Assembly: GCA_038496445.1 (NCBI GenBank)
Contig: JALMLS010000062.1
Location: 558,001 to 622,000 of the forward strand
Length of the DNA: 64,000 bases
Source of the DNA: Trichosphaerium sp. ATCC 40318
Lineage: Eukaryota > Protista > Tubulinea
Reading direction: 5' to 3'
Shown here: positions 61,704 to 64,000 of the stretch, piece by piece
Layout of the letters: every line of letters begins with the position of its first letter
How positions within the stretch are numbered: the stretch's first letter is position 1
Notes under the pieces: generated by a model
Told to the model about the DNA's origin: nothing
Databases searched by the model: none
What the model saw: the letters and a program-made list of their open reading frames with translations, nothing else
Program-made: the position numbers and the translations under genes

Positions 61704-63362
61704 TTTTGAAAGGAATTTATTCTGTGAGTGGCCCACACGTGCCACGGCTTAATTTTTTTGGCGTGCCAATTCGCATGCGTTTCCTAAATTCTGTAAGACG
61801 TATTTCTTTGGTATGCCGATTCACTTTGTTTTCCCAATTCATCAAAAAAAGAAGATTTTTATGAAAGTTATGAAAACTATCGGTTGCACGATTGCCGCCA
61901 ACTCCCTCACTTAGTTCTACTTAACAGCTTTTTTTACCTCGTGTATTACTGTAACAACGCTATGTCTAAATTATTTCGTTCAATCGCTCGCTTCGCTGTC
62001 TCTGCATACAGGAAATGCAGTAATCAAAGTGCCGATTGGGCAACAATAACGTCCGCGAAGTTACTCGGAAGTAGCAGGAGGTGTCGTGTATTAAAAGCGC
62101 GGCGAAATGATACCGACGAGAGTATAGCTCTCAAAGTAATTGACGCAGTGAATAGAACTGCTGAATCATTCGCAGAGGATGCCAAGGCACTTGTAAGTAC
62201 TTTTTTTTCTTTTTGCTTTTTTTAGTTTCAAACGACGTAAATACTTACTCAACTTCTCTAGGAGCGCGAATACGACTTCGCAGATAGTCTCGAGTACAAA
62301 GGCATTGTAAAGCCCCTTGGCTTTCTACGTTGTGACCATGGCGTTGCTATTGCCATGCCCAGAGCGTACGGGTCCCTGTCAGATGTGCTTAAAAAGCCAG
62401 CAATAGAATCTGCAGCACGCGTAGCTTCAGATCTGTTAGCTACGCTTTCTCAGCTACACGATGATGGCATTGTGCATAACAATGTAACGCCAGATAACAT
62501 CTTGATGTTTCCTGGTGGGGCCGTACGGCTCACAGATTTCGGTGCTTCCGGGTATGTAAAGGATACTCGAAAGCTCAGAAACTTTATGGGCACTCCTGGT
62601 TTTGTGTCGCCCTTCGCTGAGTATGGAGGGTACACAGCACGAAACGACCTTTTCGCAGTCGGCGTAACGATAATGCGACTCATGTTAGGTGACGACTACG
62701 TGCCTGTTGAGGAGGATTCCAGTGCCAATGAGTTTGAGGCTAACTACCTCGCTTTTTCAAAGGTGAAGAATGTGTTCCTGAAAAGGTTCCCTCGCCAAGG
62801 CAGCTGTATGGAACACTTGCTGGTTGATTTTGTGAAGGCTTGTCTTTATCCAGGAGACAACCCTCCGACTGCGCTTGATTTGATGGACCATCATTTCATC
62901 TCGTTGGCGTAAGAGAGGAGCAGCGTAGAAAGTCTGCCATTTTTTTTGGTAGAAAAAAATATGGCACTGAGAAAGGAGTTTTTTTTTTTGAGAGTTTTTT
63001 TATTGTAGGTGGATCTCTTGGTGTTGTGTTGTGGGACAAACCAAAGATCTTTCCTCTTTCCTCTCAACTTTTAGGTTTTTAAAAGGTACCCTTGTTGGTT
63101 GTGCGTTGGGGACAGAACCGACAAAGGCGTCCTATATTTTTTTTTTTTTTGAAGATTTTCTTTTTTTTATTTAGGTATTTCCGTTTCCTTAATCGTATTG
63201 TGTGTACGTGACAGGTTATTCTGCAACGGCTTGCTCTTAATAAAATAAATAATCCTTATTAATTCTGTTGCACGTTTTTCTCATAGTTGTAATTTCTCTT
63301 GTGTCTACTGAAGCAACACTTGTTATTACATTTTTACAAATGATTGCTATTATTTCACGTGA
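61704..63362 (+). repeat. Inverted copy of 31236-32922
   Basis: Direct reverse-complement comparison. Confidence 0.93.
61962..62912 (+). CDS. Protein kinase-like protein (probable pseudokinase), copy 2; intron 62193-62261
   Basis: About six amino-acid differences from copy 1. Same HNN catalytic loop. Confidence 0.85.
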
Positions 63363-63402
63363 GTTTTCATGATTTATTTTCAGCTAAACTTTCATTTGAT
63401 TT

Positions 63403-64000
63403 CTATGTTTTTTTTTTATCTATCAAAGCCAGATACCTGCCATATTGGTGCTTGATCTAAAACAGCATCCACTCCTCCGTGAACACTACCAATAGGCATA
63501 TCTTTGCTTACCTTAAGTACACGTTGTAATCCATACTCTGCAATAAGAGTATACAACGCTTCTTTAATTATTGAATCAGCCTTTGAAATAATTAATAACA
63601 ATAGTTCAAACAAGATAGATTAAAAGTCGAATTGTATACCTCCTTAACACCATATTTCTCTTCATAGTGGTTCAATATAAGACTAGCACTTTCTATTGTA
63701 TTTTCAATTTGCTTTGCATCCGCCAGAAGCGTAGTCAACCTGAGAAGACAAGTTACAACCCAAGAATACTGTAAAAAAAAAATTACCTTTTCTGAGCATC
63801 TAAAGACCACGATGTGCTTGTATGGTGCTCTAATACCTCTCTTTCAAAATCAAGACGATAAAGCCTTCTACAAACAGCACATAAAAGCATAGTATCATGA
63901 TGAGGTAAATCATAATCAGCATCTTTGTTTCTGTAGTACTCATAGGTGCACAGTGCCTTTACATCGCGTTCAAGAATACTTAATATCTTAACCATTGTTG
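63403..64000 (-). CDS. Hypothetical multi-exon helical protein, probably starting beyond the window end
   Basis: Chained ORFs with GT-AG junctions. Last exon reads IKHQYGRYLALIDKKKT. No family recognised. Confidence 0.5.

Noticed and set aside
31236-63362. Kinase repeats as termini of a Polinton or large mobile element
   Set aside because: The interior consists of ordinary host genes, with no integrase, polB or capsid, and no TSD was seen.

Overview
Eukaryotic nuclear DNA from an AT-rich (roughly one-third GC, judged by eye), gene-dense protist genome with many short introns, mostly with GTACGT/GTAAGT donors. The gene content (tectonin, mitochondrial HslV, minor-class introns) suggests a free-living amoeba, probably Amoebozoa; this is inference. 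About 27 genes or pseudogenes can be reconstructed. Housekeeping genes: Nup155, histidine phosphatase, HslV, REXO5-like exonuclease, ENPP, F-BAR/PH protein, C2 protein and ATX1. These are interleaved with rapidly evolving duplicated families: three F-box-like/MORN-repeat genes (one a pseudogene), two F-box-SPRY genes forming a ~8.2 kb palindrome around a secreted tectonin gene, two PA-like/7TM receptors, two putative winged-helix transcription factors, an LRAT gene plus a decayed copy, and two near-identical inverted pseudokinase copies ~29 kb apart. The most notable items are: the mosaic F-box-SPRY palindrome; a likely myristoylated LOV/PB1-like/PAS photoreceptor; a Sel1-repeat/degenerate-aprataxin fusion that is head-to-head with HslV; a Ras with natural Q61R and no CAAX; U12 introns of both GT-AG and AT-AC type plus several GC-AG introns; and strong enrichment of CACGTG. 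No rRNA, credible tRNA, CRISPR array or transposase was seen. Exon structures were assembled by eye, so internal boundaries are approximate.
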